Assembly: GCA_963708835.1 (NCBI GenBank)
Contig: CAVPUB010000002.1
Coordinates: 216,512-280,511, forward strand
Length of the DNA stretch: 64,000 nucleotides
From: an uncultured Actinomycetota bacterium
GTDB taxonomy: Bacteria; Actinomycetota; Thermoleophilia; Solirubrobacterales; Solirubrobacteraceae
Direction of reading: 5' to 3'
Numbering within the stretch: position 1 is the stretch's first letter; each line of letters begins with the position of its first letter. The position numbers were made by a program, and so were the translations under genes. A model generated the notes under the pieces. The model made no database searches. It worked only from the letters and a program-made list of their open reading frames with translations, and was not told where the DNA came from. Below, piece after piece: positions 31,530 to 40,077 of the stretch.

Positions 31530-33251
31530 TTACTTGAGCTGCAGGCTCGTGAGGTCGGTCAGATACTCGACGGACATCACGCCCGTGTTGAAGTTCAACT
31601 TGTTCGAGTAGAACTTGACCTTGGCCTCGTGGCCGTAGGCCGCGTAGTAGGCGTGATTGACCGCGTAGTTGTCAAGCGCGGCCCACTGGCTTTCCACGGT
31701 CGGAGTCGACTTCTGGCTGAGCGACGCGATCTGCGTGTTGTAGTGCGGATCGTTGACGTAGCCGTAGTTCAGCGACGACCCCGCGTTGCCCGCGAACAGC
31801 TGCATGAAGTCCCAGGGCTCGGGGAAGTCCTGGTTCCAGTCGCCGAAGCCCATCTGCGGCTTCAGCGTCGGGGCACCGATCGTCGTGAAGTACACGCCGG
31901 AGTTGACGACCTTCTCGGTGGCCTTGAACCCGAGTGAGTTCAGGACGCCCGCGAAGTAGTCCAGGTACTGGCGGCGGGGGCTGCGCTCCTCGCCGTAGAT
32001 GGTGACCGGCTGGCCGATCATCCCGGACTTCTGCATCAGCTGCTTGGCCAGCGTCATGTTCGGCGGCCCGTTGGGGTTGTGGAACGGGCAGGTCGACGGG
32101 CTGGAGTGGCCCGGGATGCCGAACGGAATGAGGTGGCAGTCCGGGGTCATGAAACCGCTGTCAAGCCGCGACAGCGCCCGCATGTCCGTCGCGGCCAGCA
32201 CGGCCTGACGGGCGTAGATGTTGTTGAACGGCTTCTTCTCGACGCTGAACCAGAAGTACCAGCTGGAGTTCAGCGGAATCGCCTTGTAGCGGTCGGCCGC
32301 CGAGGTCTTGATCTTCTGCAGGATCGACGGCGGCAGCGTGTCGCCGGGGTCAAACACGTCGGCCTGGTTGTTGAGCACCTGCTCGGCGTTGGCCAGGACG
32401 TTGGAGTTGACGTTGTAGACGATCTTGGCGGCGTGCCCCTTGGGCAGGCCGGGGACGTCGAACTTCGGGTTCTGGACGAGCACGTACTGGTGCTCGGGGT
32501 TGATGCTCGACCACATGTAGGGACCGTCACCGATGGTGCCCTTGGAGGCCAGGTTCTTGGCCGGCGTGTTGGCCGGGACCGGAGCGGTGCCCGGCAGCGC
32601 GAAGATGTCGACGATCGGCGAGAACGGCGCCACCAGGTTGACGGTGAGCGTGCCCTTCGTGTCGTCGGCCTTGACGCCGGTGATGGTCTTGGCCTTGCCC
32701 TTGGCGTAGGCGTCAGCGCCCTTGATGTAGCCGCTGATGAACGACGCCGCCTGCCACGGGATCTTCAGGTCGCGCTCCAGCGCGGTGATCACGTCGGAGG
32801 CCTTGATGGCCGTGCCGTCTGAATAGTGCAGGTTCGGGCGCAGCGTGAAGGTGTAGGTCTTGCCTCCGTTTGAGGAGGTGGGCAGACCGGTGGCCAGGGC
32901 GGGGATGATCGTGCTTCCAGCTGCTCCCTCGACACCGCGCTTGAAGGTCAGCAGCGGCGTGTCGATGACCGACTCGAGTTCGTTGCCCTGCGTCGTGAAG
33001 TCAAGGCCCGGGTCGGCCGAGAGCGGCGGGGTACCCGAGTCGATGGTGATGGTCCCACCCTCCTTGCCGCCTGACGCGGCGGTGCTGGCGCCCGTGCTCG
33101 TGCCGGTGCTGCCCGCGGTGCCGGTGTTGGCGGGGGCCGCCGAGCTGGCGCTGCCGCTCGACGACGAGTTACTGCCACCGCAGGCGGCGATTACGCCCGC
33201 AGCAAGTACCGCGAGCAGCCCAGCTGCCCACGGCCTGACGTATCTACTCAC
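31530..33251 (-). CDS. ABC transporter substrate-binding lipoprotein, family 5 (peptide/nickel/opine type)
   Basis: GTG start preceded by GGAGGAGG. Lipobox VIAACGG followed by a Ser/Gly/Thr linker. Family-5 SBP length (573 aa). Confidence 0.85.
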   Translation of the reverse strand: MSRYVRPWAAGLLAVLAAGVIAACGGSNSSSSGSASSAAPANTGTAGSTGTSTGASTAASGGKEGGTITIDSGTPPLSADPGLDFTTQGNELESVIDTPLLTFKRGVEGAAGSTIIPALATGLPTSSNGGKTYTFTLRPNLHYSDGTAIKASDVITALERDLKIPWQAASFISGYIKGADAYAKGKAKTITGVKADDTKGTLTVNLVAPFSPIVDIFALPGTAPVPANTPAKNLASKGTIGDGPYMWSSINPEHQYVLVQNPKFDVPGLPKGHAAKIVYNVNSNVLANAEQVLNNQADVFDPGDTLPPSILQKIKTSAADRYKAIPLNSSWYFWFSVEKKPFNNIYARQAVLAATDMRALSRLDSGFMTPDCHLIPFGIPGHSSPSTCPFHNPNGPPNMTLAKQLMQKSGMIGQPVTIYGEERSPRRQYLDYFAGVLNSLGFKATEKVVNSGVYFTTIGAPTLKPQMGFGDWNQDFPEPWDFMQLFAGNAGSSLNYGYVNDPHYNTQIASLSQKSTPTVESQWAALDNYAVNHAYYAAYGHEAKVKFYSNKLNFNTGVMSVEYLTDLTSLQLK

Positions 33252-33491
33252 TGATCCTCCTCCAGAGGTTCGTGTTCCCAGAGCGCACAGCCTAATCCCA
33301 ACGGAGCTTTGATGCGAGCGGGTGGGCGCGGCAGGGACCGACGCTAATCAACGCTCAACAACGATGTCGCGATCTCCTGACGACACCCTGACCACCTCCT
33401 GACGAGAGATTCCCCTTGCAATCTGGGTACTTACTCGCCGGTAGCCCGATACGCCGCTTACCGGAGCACTGCACACACGGAGGGAGCACAG

Positions 33492-34046
33492 ATGGGACTT
33501 GCGAGCCAAGCGCGCAGCAGACGCTGTCCATACACGCCGGCGACGATCGCCGTGGTCGCGGCGTTCGGGGCGACTTTCAGGAGGCCGAGAGGCTGGCCTA
33601 CACCAAGGCGGGCGTGGACTCCGGCGAGATCGTCGTCCGAGGCGGCTCGCACCTGGACTTCAGCTTCATCCCCAACCAGGCGTTCGGCGCCTCGCTGCGC
33701 GGGCCCGACGTCACCGACTGGTACCTGACCGCCTGGTTTGACCGCTACCTCACGCACGCCCCGGGCGCGACCGATCGGCTGCTCTCCGAGCGCTGGCGCG
33801 ATGACCCCGTCGAAGCCGGCGTGGACCCCAGCCACGACGGCAACGCGTTCTCGTTCTACTACTACTCGCGCCTCGGACATCGGCCTGGACGGCGGCGGGC
33901 GCTTTGACTGCGAGGACCTGCGCGACGGGTGCCCGGGCATGGTCCCCGAGGCCGGCGACGGCTACAAGGGGGACTACTTCTACGTCAAGATCGACACGTC
34001 GCCGGACGCGGCCCGGGGGCCCGGCGCGGCGCTCAGTCGACGGTGA
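33492..34046 (+). pseudogene. Decayed remnant of a secreted alpha/beta-hydrolase-like gene (frame switches, truncated)
   Basis: Strong SD (GGAGGGA) plus ATG 33492 gives a signal-like start. Hydrolase-like sequence (VVRGGSHLDFSFIPNQAF..TDWYLTAWFDRYL..FSFYYYS) is in another frame. It continues (DIGLDGGGRFDCEDL..YFYVKIDTS) back in the first frame. No intact ORF covers all three parts. Confidence 0.35.
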
Positions 34047-34950
34047 GCACAGCCTTGCCTGCCACGCGGCGGTCCAGCAGCGCCTGAATTGCCGCCGCGG
34101 CCTCGGTCCACGACACCGTGACGTCGATCTGCGGGTCGAGGCGCCCGTCGGCCACCAAATCGGCCAGGCGCCGCAGGTCCGCCGCCGCCGAGCGGGTGCG
34201 GTCCAGCTCATCGAAGATGTAGAGGCCGTGCAGCCGCGCTCCCGGCGCCCGGGAGAACAGCTCCCGCGTCGGGTAACTGACGTGCTCGGTGACGGTGGCG
34301 CCGAAGTTGATCACCGTGCCCTGGGGCGCGACGCGCTGCAGAGCGGCGCCCAGCACGGGTCCGCCGATGGCGTCGAGGATGACGTCGAAGGTGTCCCCGC
34401 CGGCACTGAGCTCGGGCTCGACCTCGTCAGCGCCGAGCTCGGCCAGCCCCTCGCCGCGGCGCGCGACGGCGGTGACATGCGCGCCGCCGAGCTTCGCCAA
34501 CTGGATGGCAAAGCGCCCCACCCCACCGCTGGCGCCGGTGATCAGCACCCGCTTGCCCACGATGAACCCGCCGACCTCGAGCGCGCGGAGCGCCGTCAGC
34601 CCCGCCACGGGCAACGTCGCGGCCTGCTCGAAGGTGACCTGAGACGGCAGCTCGGCCAGGAACTCGGTGGGCACCGCCACCTGCTCGGCCCACGCGCCGA
34701 CGAGCTTGAGACCCACCACCCGCGCGCCGGCCTTGGGGCCGCTGCCGTCGGTCGCCGGCCAGCTCACGGTCCCCGCCAGGTCCCAGCCGGCGATGGTTCC
34801 CGCGTCCATCCGCTCCAGGCGTCGGACCTCGCCGCGGTTGAGGCTGATCGCCTTGACATCGATCACGGCATGGTCCGAGCGCGGCTCGGGTTCGGTCACC
34901 TCGGCCAGTTCGACGTACGGAGGGTCGGGTCGGGAGACGAGGGCGCGCAT
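34033..34950 (-). CDS. Zinc-type/MDR-family NAD(P)H quinone oxidoreductase-like dehydrogenase
   Basis: ATG 34950 (MRALVSRPDPPYVELAEV). Rossmann motif ITGASGGVGRFAIQLAKLGGAHV. Confidence 0.8.
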   Translation of the reverse strand: MRALVSRPDPPYVELAEVTEPEPRSDHAVIDVKAISLNRGEVRRLERMDAGTIAGWDLAGTVSWPATDGSGPKAGARVVGLKLVGAWAEQVAVPTEFLAELPSQVTFEQAATLPVAGLTALRALEVGGFIVGKRVLITGASGGVGRFAIQLAKLGGAHVTAVARRGEGLAELGADEVEPELSAGGDTFDVILDAIGGPVLGAALQRVAPQGTVINFGATVTEHVSYPTRELFSRAPGARLHGLYIFDELDRTRSAAADLRRLADLVADGRLDPQIDVTVSWTEAAAAIQALLDRRVAGKAVLTVD

Positions 34951-34977
34951 CGGGTCGGTCGCCGATACTACGCGGCC

Positions 34978-35187
34978 GTGAACGCTTTCAGCGACCTGTC
35001 GGCGCAGCTGCGCGGCTCGGCCCCCGAGGGCCTGTGCGAGCTCTCTGACGCGGAGCTCGCCGATCTCTCGGCCGCCGTCGCCGATGCCCGGCACCGCCAG
35101 GCCGCCGCGTTGGCCGAGGCGGGCGACCGGGCACTCAGCCACATCCCACGCCTGCTGCGCGGCCCCATCAAGCGCATCGTCGGATGA
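34978..35187 (+). CDS. Small hypothetical protein (about 69 aa)
   Basis: G/C-rich third positions. Its stop forms an ATGA overlap with the next gene. Start (GTG 34978) is uncertain. Confidence 0.4.
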   Translation: MNAFSDLSAQLRGSAPEGLCELSDAELADLSAAVADARHRQAAALAEAGDRALSHIPRLLRGPIKRIVG

Positions 35188-36026
35188 GCCGGGCCGCCGA
35201 CCTGCTCCAGGCCCACGCCGAGGTGATGAAGCTAGCCCGCCTGCTGGGGCGCGAGCCTGACGAGCTCGCCTACCTCGAGCGCCTGGCGCCGGCCGACCTG
35301 CGCGCTCTGCGCGACGGTGTCACCGAGACCCTCTATGACGCCCACGGCAGCTCTCTGGCCCGGCTGGCGGCGGCCAGCCGCCTGCTGCCCTCGGGCCTGA
35401 TCGCGACCATCGGCCAGCATGCGTTCGGACCGCTGCTCTCGGCCCGGCTGGCGGGGCTGCTCGAGACCGACAAGGCCGTCGATGTGGCCACCAAGCTGCC
35501 GCCGCCGTTCCTGGCCGACGTGGCCGTCGAGCTGGACCCGCGGCGCGCCTCGGACCTGATCGCCTCGATCGCCCCCGCGCTCATCGGCCAGATCACCGCC
35601 GAACTGGTGGCCCGGCGCGAGTACGTGACGATGGGCCGCTTCGTGGGCCACCTCTCCGACGACGCGATCACCGCGGCGGTGGCCACGATGGATGACGAGG
35701 CCGTGCTGCAGGTCGCCTTCGTGCTCGAGGACCGGTCGCAGCTCAGCCGCCTCTTCGCCAAGCTGCCCAAGAGCCGGTCGGCGGGCGTCATCGCCGCCGC
35801 GGCGCACGACGACCTGTGGCTGGAGGCGCTCGATCTCCTCAACCACCTCCACAAGCGACAGCGCAGGGAGATGGTCCTCGCCGCGCTGGCCCTCGAGGAG
35901 CCCGCGGTCGAGGCGATCCTCGACACGATCATCGCGCACGACCTCACCGACGAGGTCCGGCTCATCGCCGAGCACGACGACTCGATCGAGGAGCGCCTCG
36001 CCGAGCGCGTCCGCCAGAACGGCTAG
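35184..36026 (+). CDS. Hypothetical all-helical protein (280 aa)
   Basis: Coding-like codon bias. Repetitive Ala/Leu/Asp helical segments. No family recognised. Confidence 0.55.
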   Translation: MSRAADLLQAHAEVMKLARLLGREPDELAYLERLAPADLRALRDGVTETLYDAHGSSLARLAAASRLLPSGLIATIGQHAFGPLLSARLAGLLETDKAVDVATKLPPPFLADVAVELDPRRASDLIASIAPALIGQITAELVARREYVTMGRFVGHLSDDAITAAVATMDDEAVLQVAFVLEDRSQLSRLFAKLPKSRSAGVIAAAAHDDLWLEALDLLNHLHKRQRREMVLAALALEEPAVEAILDTIIAHDLTDEVRLIAEHDDSIEERLAERVRQNG

Positions 36027-36071
36027 GTGGGTCCGACCGTGACGGTCGGACCCACGAAGCCCCCTAGGGCC

Positions 36072-38207
36072 CTAGGGCGTGTAGTCAGAGCTGTGGCACG
36101 GGGTGCCGCCGCACACGTTGGTCACCGTCCCGCTGGGCTGCAGGAAATCGGAGATCTGCTGCTGGGCCGCGGGCGTCGCCCGCGGATCGCCATGGGGATC
36201 CTGCTGGTCGCCGGTCTTGGTCTCCGCGGGCGGAGTGTTGGTGAGCGGCGGCGGCGATGTGTGGCCGGGGCCGCTGTCCCAGATCTCGATAGCCGAGCCG
36301 TTGAACGGGAGGCTCTTGATCGCGGGCAGCCCGTAGAACAGGTTGCGGTCGCGCGAGCGGTTGGTGTTGAGATCGAGCGCCGGCTCATACGCCGACGCGC
36401 CCACCGTCCGGGCCTCGATCGCGGCCGCGTACATCGACACCTGGTGGTCGCCATAGGCGATCTGCATGAGCACCTGGTGCGATGGCGTGCCGGGCAGCGG
36501 GTGCGCGGTCATCTGCTCGGCGTAGCCGTCGGGCTCGCCCCGATCCCACAGCTGCTGCATGAGGTCGAGCAGCAGCGGGTGCAGGGACTGGTCGGGATAG
36601 GCCGCGTACATGATCGTCCCGAACGGAGCGAAGTCCGTGCTGCGCTGGACCAGCACGTTGGCGTAGTCGATGCCCGTCACGCCGAGCACGGCATGACGGA
36701 AGTCCGGCGCCAGTGCGGTGAGCATGCCGCCCTCGATCCCGCCCTGGCTGTTGCCGTTGTAGTACAGGTTGGAGGTCTCGATCAACGGCCGTCCGAGCTG
36801 CTGGAAGGCGCCAGTGGTCGCCAGGCCTCCGGGGTTGAGCATCAGGCGCCCCAGGAACAGCATGTTGAGCGCGCCCTGCTGGAGGCGGTCGATGACCGCC
36901 GGGAACAGGTTGAGGTTGCCCAGCGCCGCGGCGTCGTTCAGGGTGTCGCCGTTGGCCAGGCCCCAGAAGTCCGTGGAGCAGATCACGATGTTGTGACCGC
37001 TCGCCAGCGCCTCGATCGGCGACGCCGTGACCTCGTCAGCGGAGCCCAGCAGACCGTGCCCGTAGAGCGAGATGCGTGCCGGGGTCAGAGCCGTGGCGGT
37101 GGCGGGCACGATGCACTCGAAGTTCGTCGTCGCCACGTTGCCCGCGATCTGGGTCGGCGTGGCGTCGGGCTTGTTCGAGCTGTAGTGAAAGCCCGGGGCG
37201 GTGCTCGCGCCGCAGACGACCAGGTAGCACGGGACCTGGAAGGTGCCGTCGACCTGGGTCAGCGCCGCGCCGCTCGAGGAGACCAGCGGCTTGGTGTCGG
37301 TCACGGTGAACCCGGGCGCGTGCCCGGAGTCGACGGAGTCGGCGAGGTTGGTGTCACCGAGCTGGGCGAAAGCGCTGTTGCGGATCGCCAGCATGCGCCC
37401 GGTCAGGTTCTGCCGGGAGTCCACGGTGAAGTTCCACGCCTCGTACAGGCTCTTGTTGCGGGCGATCCCGGCCCGCTTGAGCGTTTGGAAGATCGCGGCG
37501 TATCGCGCGTTCTGGGAGCGCTCGGCCTTCGGCAGCTTGCGGAAATCACGCAACCGGGCGAACCACTTCGGCGCGGGGATGAGCTTGCCCGTCTTGGTGC
37601 GCAGATTGCGCAGCGCGACCACGAACGTGTGACCCTCCGCGAGCAGCTTGGCGGGGTGGATGAGCAGGTCGGTGCTGCCGGCGCTCTTGGCCAGCACGTC
37701 GAGCTCGGCCCAGATGAGCTGGCGCTGGCGGGTGGCCTGATCGATGAGCACGATCGGCTGGCGCTTGGCCAGCGACTTGGCGATGTCGGTGATCGGAACC
37801 ACGCCGGTGCGCTTGAGCGCCGCGGCGTTGTCGAGACCGGGGATGTGGAGCACGACCGTGCTGCCGGGACTGAAGCCGTCGTTGCGATCCCAGGCCCCGG
37901 GCGCAATCCGCACGCCCTTGGTGTTGACCGGCATCGCGGCCGCCGGCAGGTTCACGCGCAGCGAGGTGGCGCTCGTGCGGTCAGCGCGCGTCAGGCGGTT
38001 GTCCGGGTAGGGGAACAGGCACGGCTTGGCGGAGTACGGCTGGCACGATGATGCGGCCCCCGCCCGCCCCTTGGCCAGCGCGGATCCCGCGCCGGCCGCA
38101 AGGACGGCCAGGGCAGCCGCGCACACGGCCGATAGAAGGGCGGTTCGGGCCCGCGGTCCGAAACCCGGGCGCGCGAAGCGCGCAGCAAAACGATCAGCCA
38201 TCGTCAA
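36072..38207 (-). CDS. Secreted protein with C-terminal alpha/beta serine-hydrolase-like domain
   Basis: N-terminal signal-like LLSAVCAAALAVLAAGAGSALA. Nucleophile-elbow motif GNSQGG in YYNGNSQGGIEGGML. N-terminal roughly 350 aa unassigned. Confidence 0.6.
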   Translation of the reverse strand: MTMADRFAARFARPGFGPRARTALLSAVCAAALAVLAAGAGSALAKGRAGAASSCQPYSAKPCLFPYPDNRLTRADRTSATSLRVNLPAAAMPVNTKGVRIAPGAWDRNDGFSPGSTVVLHIPGLDNAAALKRTGVVPITDIAKSLAKRQPIVLIDQATRQRQLIWAELDVLAKSAGSTDLLIHPAKLLAEGHTFVVALRNLRTKTGKLIPAPKWFARLRDFRKLPKAERSQNARYAAIFQTLKRAGIARNKSLYEAWNFTVDSRQNLTGRMLAIRNSAFAQLGDTNLADSVDSGHAPGFTVTDTKPLVSSSGAALTQVDGTFQVPCYLVVCGASTAPGFHYSSNKPDATPTQIAGNVATTNFECIVPATATALTPARISLYGHGLLGSADEVTASPIEALASGHNIVICSTDFWGLANGDTLNDAAALGNLNLFPAVIDRLQQGALNMLFLGRLMLNPGGLATTGAFQQLGRPLIETSNLYYNGNSQGGIEGGMLTALAPDFRHAVLGVTGIDYANVLVQRSTDFAPFGTIMYAAYPDQSLHPLLLDLMQQLWDRGEPDGYAEQMTAHPLPGTPSHQVLMQIAYGDHQVSMYAAAIEARTVGASAYEPALDLNTNRSRDRNLFYGLPAIKSLPFNGSAIEIWDSGPGHTSPPPLTNTPPAETKTGDQQDPHGDPRATPAAQQQISDFLQPSGTVTNVCGGTPCHSSDYTP

Positions 38208-38252
38208 CGTCCTCTCTCATCTGCCGCCGCCGGGCCATCCGGCCCGCGCGGC

Positions 38253-40016
38253 TCACGCTTGGGCGCTGTGCAGACTAATCGCTGGCGCGGCCGCGGGCAG
38301 GTCGACCGACGGCCACGGCGCAGCCGGACGCCCGAGCAGGTAGCCCTGGATGAGGGTGACGCCGAGCGCGCGGAGCGTGTGCAGCTCGGCCTCGGTCTCG
38401 ACGCCCTCGGCGATGAGGTGCCCGCCGGTCTGGCGCACGTAGCCGAGCATCGCCGAGACCAGCGCGCCCCGGTCGGGGTCTGAGTCGATCCCACTGATCA
38501 GCGAGCGATCCAGCTTGAGGTAGGCGGGACGCACCGTCGTGATCTGGCGCAGCCCCGAGTAGCCGGCGCCCATGTCGTCGACGGCGAAGTTGAGGCCCTC
38601 GCCGATGAGGCGCTCGATCTCGGCCACCACTCCCGGGGTGTCCTCCAGGAGGCTGTTCTCGGTGACCTCGAGGATGAGGCGATCCAGGTGCGGTGTCTCG
38701 GCCAGCAGCTCGCTCGTGCGCGCGTCCAGCAGAAGTGGGCCGGACAGGTTGACGCTCAGGCGCGCCCCGTCGGGCAGGTCGCCCAGCAGCTCCAGGCCGG
38801 CCCGTAGGCAGGCGAGCTCGAGCCGGTCGCGCACGGCGAACTCGTCGGCCAGGGCGAACCAGTGCAGGGGGTTGGAGCTCGAGCCCTGGCGGAAACGGGC
38901 CAGCGCCTCGTAGGCGTGCACGGTGCCGTCGGGCACCGACACGATCGGCTGGACCGCCATCTCGAGCCCGTCGCCGGCAATGAGGCGCTCCAGCGCGTCG
39001 TGGGCGCCTCCGGCGCCGCGCCCCGTGATCGGATCGCCGGCGTAGACGGAGAGCTGGCTGATCCCGGTGCGCTTGGCCACTCGCAGCGCCACGTCCACCG
39101 CGCGCAGCAGCGACTCCGCGTCCTGTCCGTCACGCGGCAAGAGCGCCATGCCGATCGAGGCATTCAACGACGGTCCGCTCTGTGGCTTGGCGATGACGTC
39201 GGCCAGCATCCGGCGGGCGACCGGCTCGGGGTCGGGAGCGGTGAGGATCACGGCGAACTCGTCGCCGCCGAGGCGCCCGACGATGCCGTTCTCACCGGCT
39301 ACCCGGGCCAGGTGCTCCACCACGCGCCGCAGGGCCGCGTCGCCGGCGGCGTGGCCCGCGGACTTGTTGATGGCGCCGAAGTTGTCGAGGTCGAGCAGCA
39401 GGACGGCGCTGTCGCCGCCGTCGGCGAGGAAGGCGTCGAGGGTGCGGCGGAACGCGGCGCGGTTGAGCGCCCCGGTGAGGCCATCGTGGTCAGCGTCGTG
39501 GCGCGCCTTGTCGAGCATCGCCCGCAGCTCCTGGGTGACGCGCCCGCACACCAGCAGCAGCGTGATCGCAGCCAGGCAGACGCACCCGTAGGTGAGGGTG
39601 ACCTCGCCGTGGCGCACGATGGGAAGCACCAGCGAGGCCAAGAGCATGGCCCGGCCCACCCAGAACACGCGCCCGCCGCGGGCCAGCACGCCGCAGGCCA
39701 CGGCCACCAGCCACAGCAGCCACGGGGTGGTGATCCGCTCGGGACCCAGGCCGACGATGAGGATCGCCGACACCGGGGCCAGCGACTCCTCGATCTTGAT
39801 CCACTCGGCGCGCGGGGCGACCAGCTGCACGAGCGCCGTGGCGAAGACGATGGCGAAGCCGCTGAGCACCAGGAACGGGCGGTGAGGGTGGTGGCGCGTC
39901 ACGGGGGCGTGGGCGACGGCGATGATCGCGCCGGCGATCGCCAGGCTGGCCCGTGCCACCGCGGCCGAGCGCCGCGCCCGGCGCAGACCAGCGGGCATCT
40001 CCACCTTCGGGTGCAT
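38253..40016 (-). CDS. Membrane-anchored GGDEF-EAL (diguanylate cyclase/phosphodiesterase) protein
   Basis: N-terminal multi-TM region, GGDEF site RLGGDEFAVIL, and an EAL domain (YEALARF ... DDMGAGYSGL). Confidence 0.85.
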   Translation of the reverse strand: MHPKVEMPAGLRRARRSAAVARASLAIAGAIIAVAHAPVTRHHPHRPFLVLSGFAIVFATALVQLVAPRAEWIKIEESLAPVSAILIVGLGPERITTPWLLWLVAVACGVLARGGRVFWVGRAMLLASLVLPIVRHGEVTLTYGCVCLAAITLLLVCGRVTQELRAMLDKARHDADHDGLTGALNRAAFRRTLDAFLADGGDSAVLLLDLDNFGAINKSAGHAAGDAALRRVVEHLARVAGENGIVGRLGGDEFAVILTAPDPEPVARRMLADVIAKPQSGPSLNASIGMALLPRDGQDAESLLRAVDVALRVAKRTGISQLSVYAGDPITGRGAGGAHDALERLIAGDGLEMAVQPIVSVPDGTVHAYEALARFRQGSSSNPLHWFALADEFAVRDRLELACLRAGLELLGDLPDGARLSVNLSGPLLLDARTSELLAETPHLDRLILEVTENSLLEDTPGVVAEIERLIGEGLNFAVDDMGAGYSGLRQITTVRPAYLKLDRSLISGIDSDPDRGALVSAMLGYVRQTGGHLIAEGVETEAELHTLRALGVTLIQGYLLGRPAAPWPSVDLPAAAPAISLHSAQA

Positions 40017-40077
40017 CTAGTGGTTGTCGGCACCCGCGCGCGGATCTTTGAGGTCGGCGGACTATGTTCAATCGGAG

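Noticed and set aside
33290-33350. Recurrent CTAATC(C/A)-containing strings (also seen near 38276 and 55209) as a possible dispersed motif
   Set aside because: Only a 6-mer core is shared, with no consistent flanks or position relative to genes. Chance is the likely explanation.
36027-38051. 674-aa plus-strand ORF opposite the secreted hydrolase gene
   Set aside because: Antisense shadow ORF with Arg/Gly/Val-rich composition. The minus-strand product has a signal peptide and a GxSxG motif.
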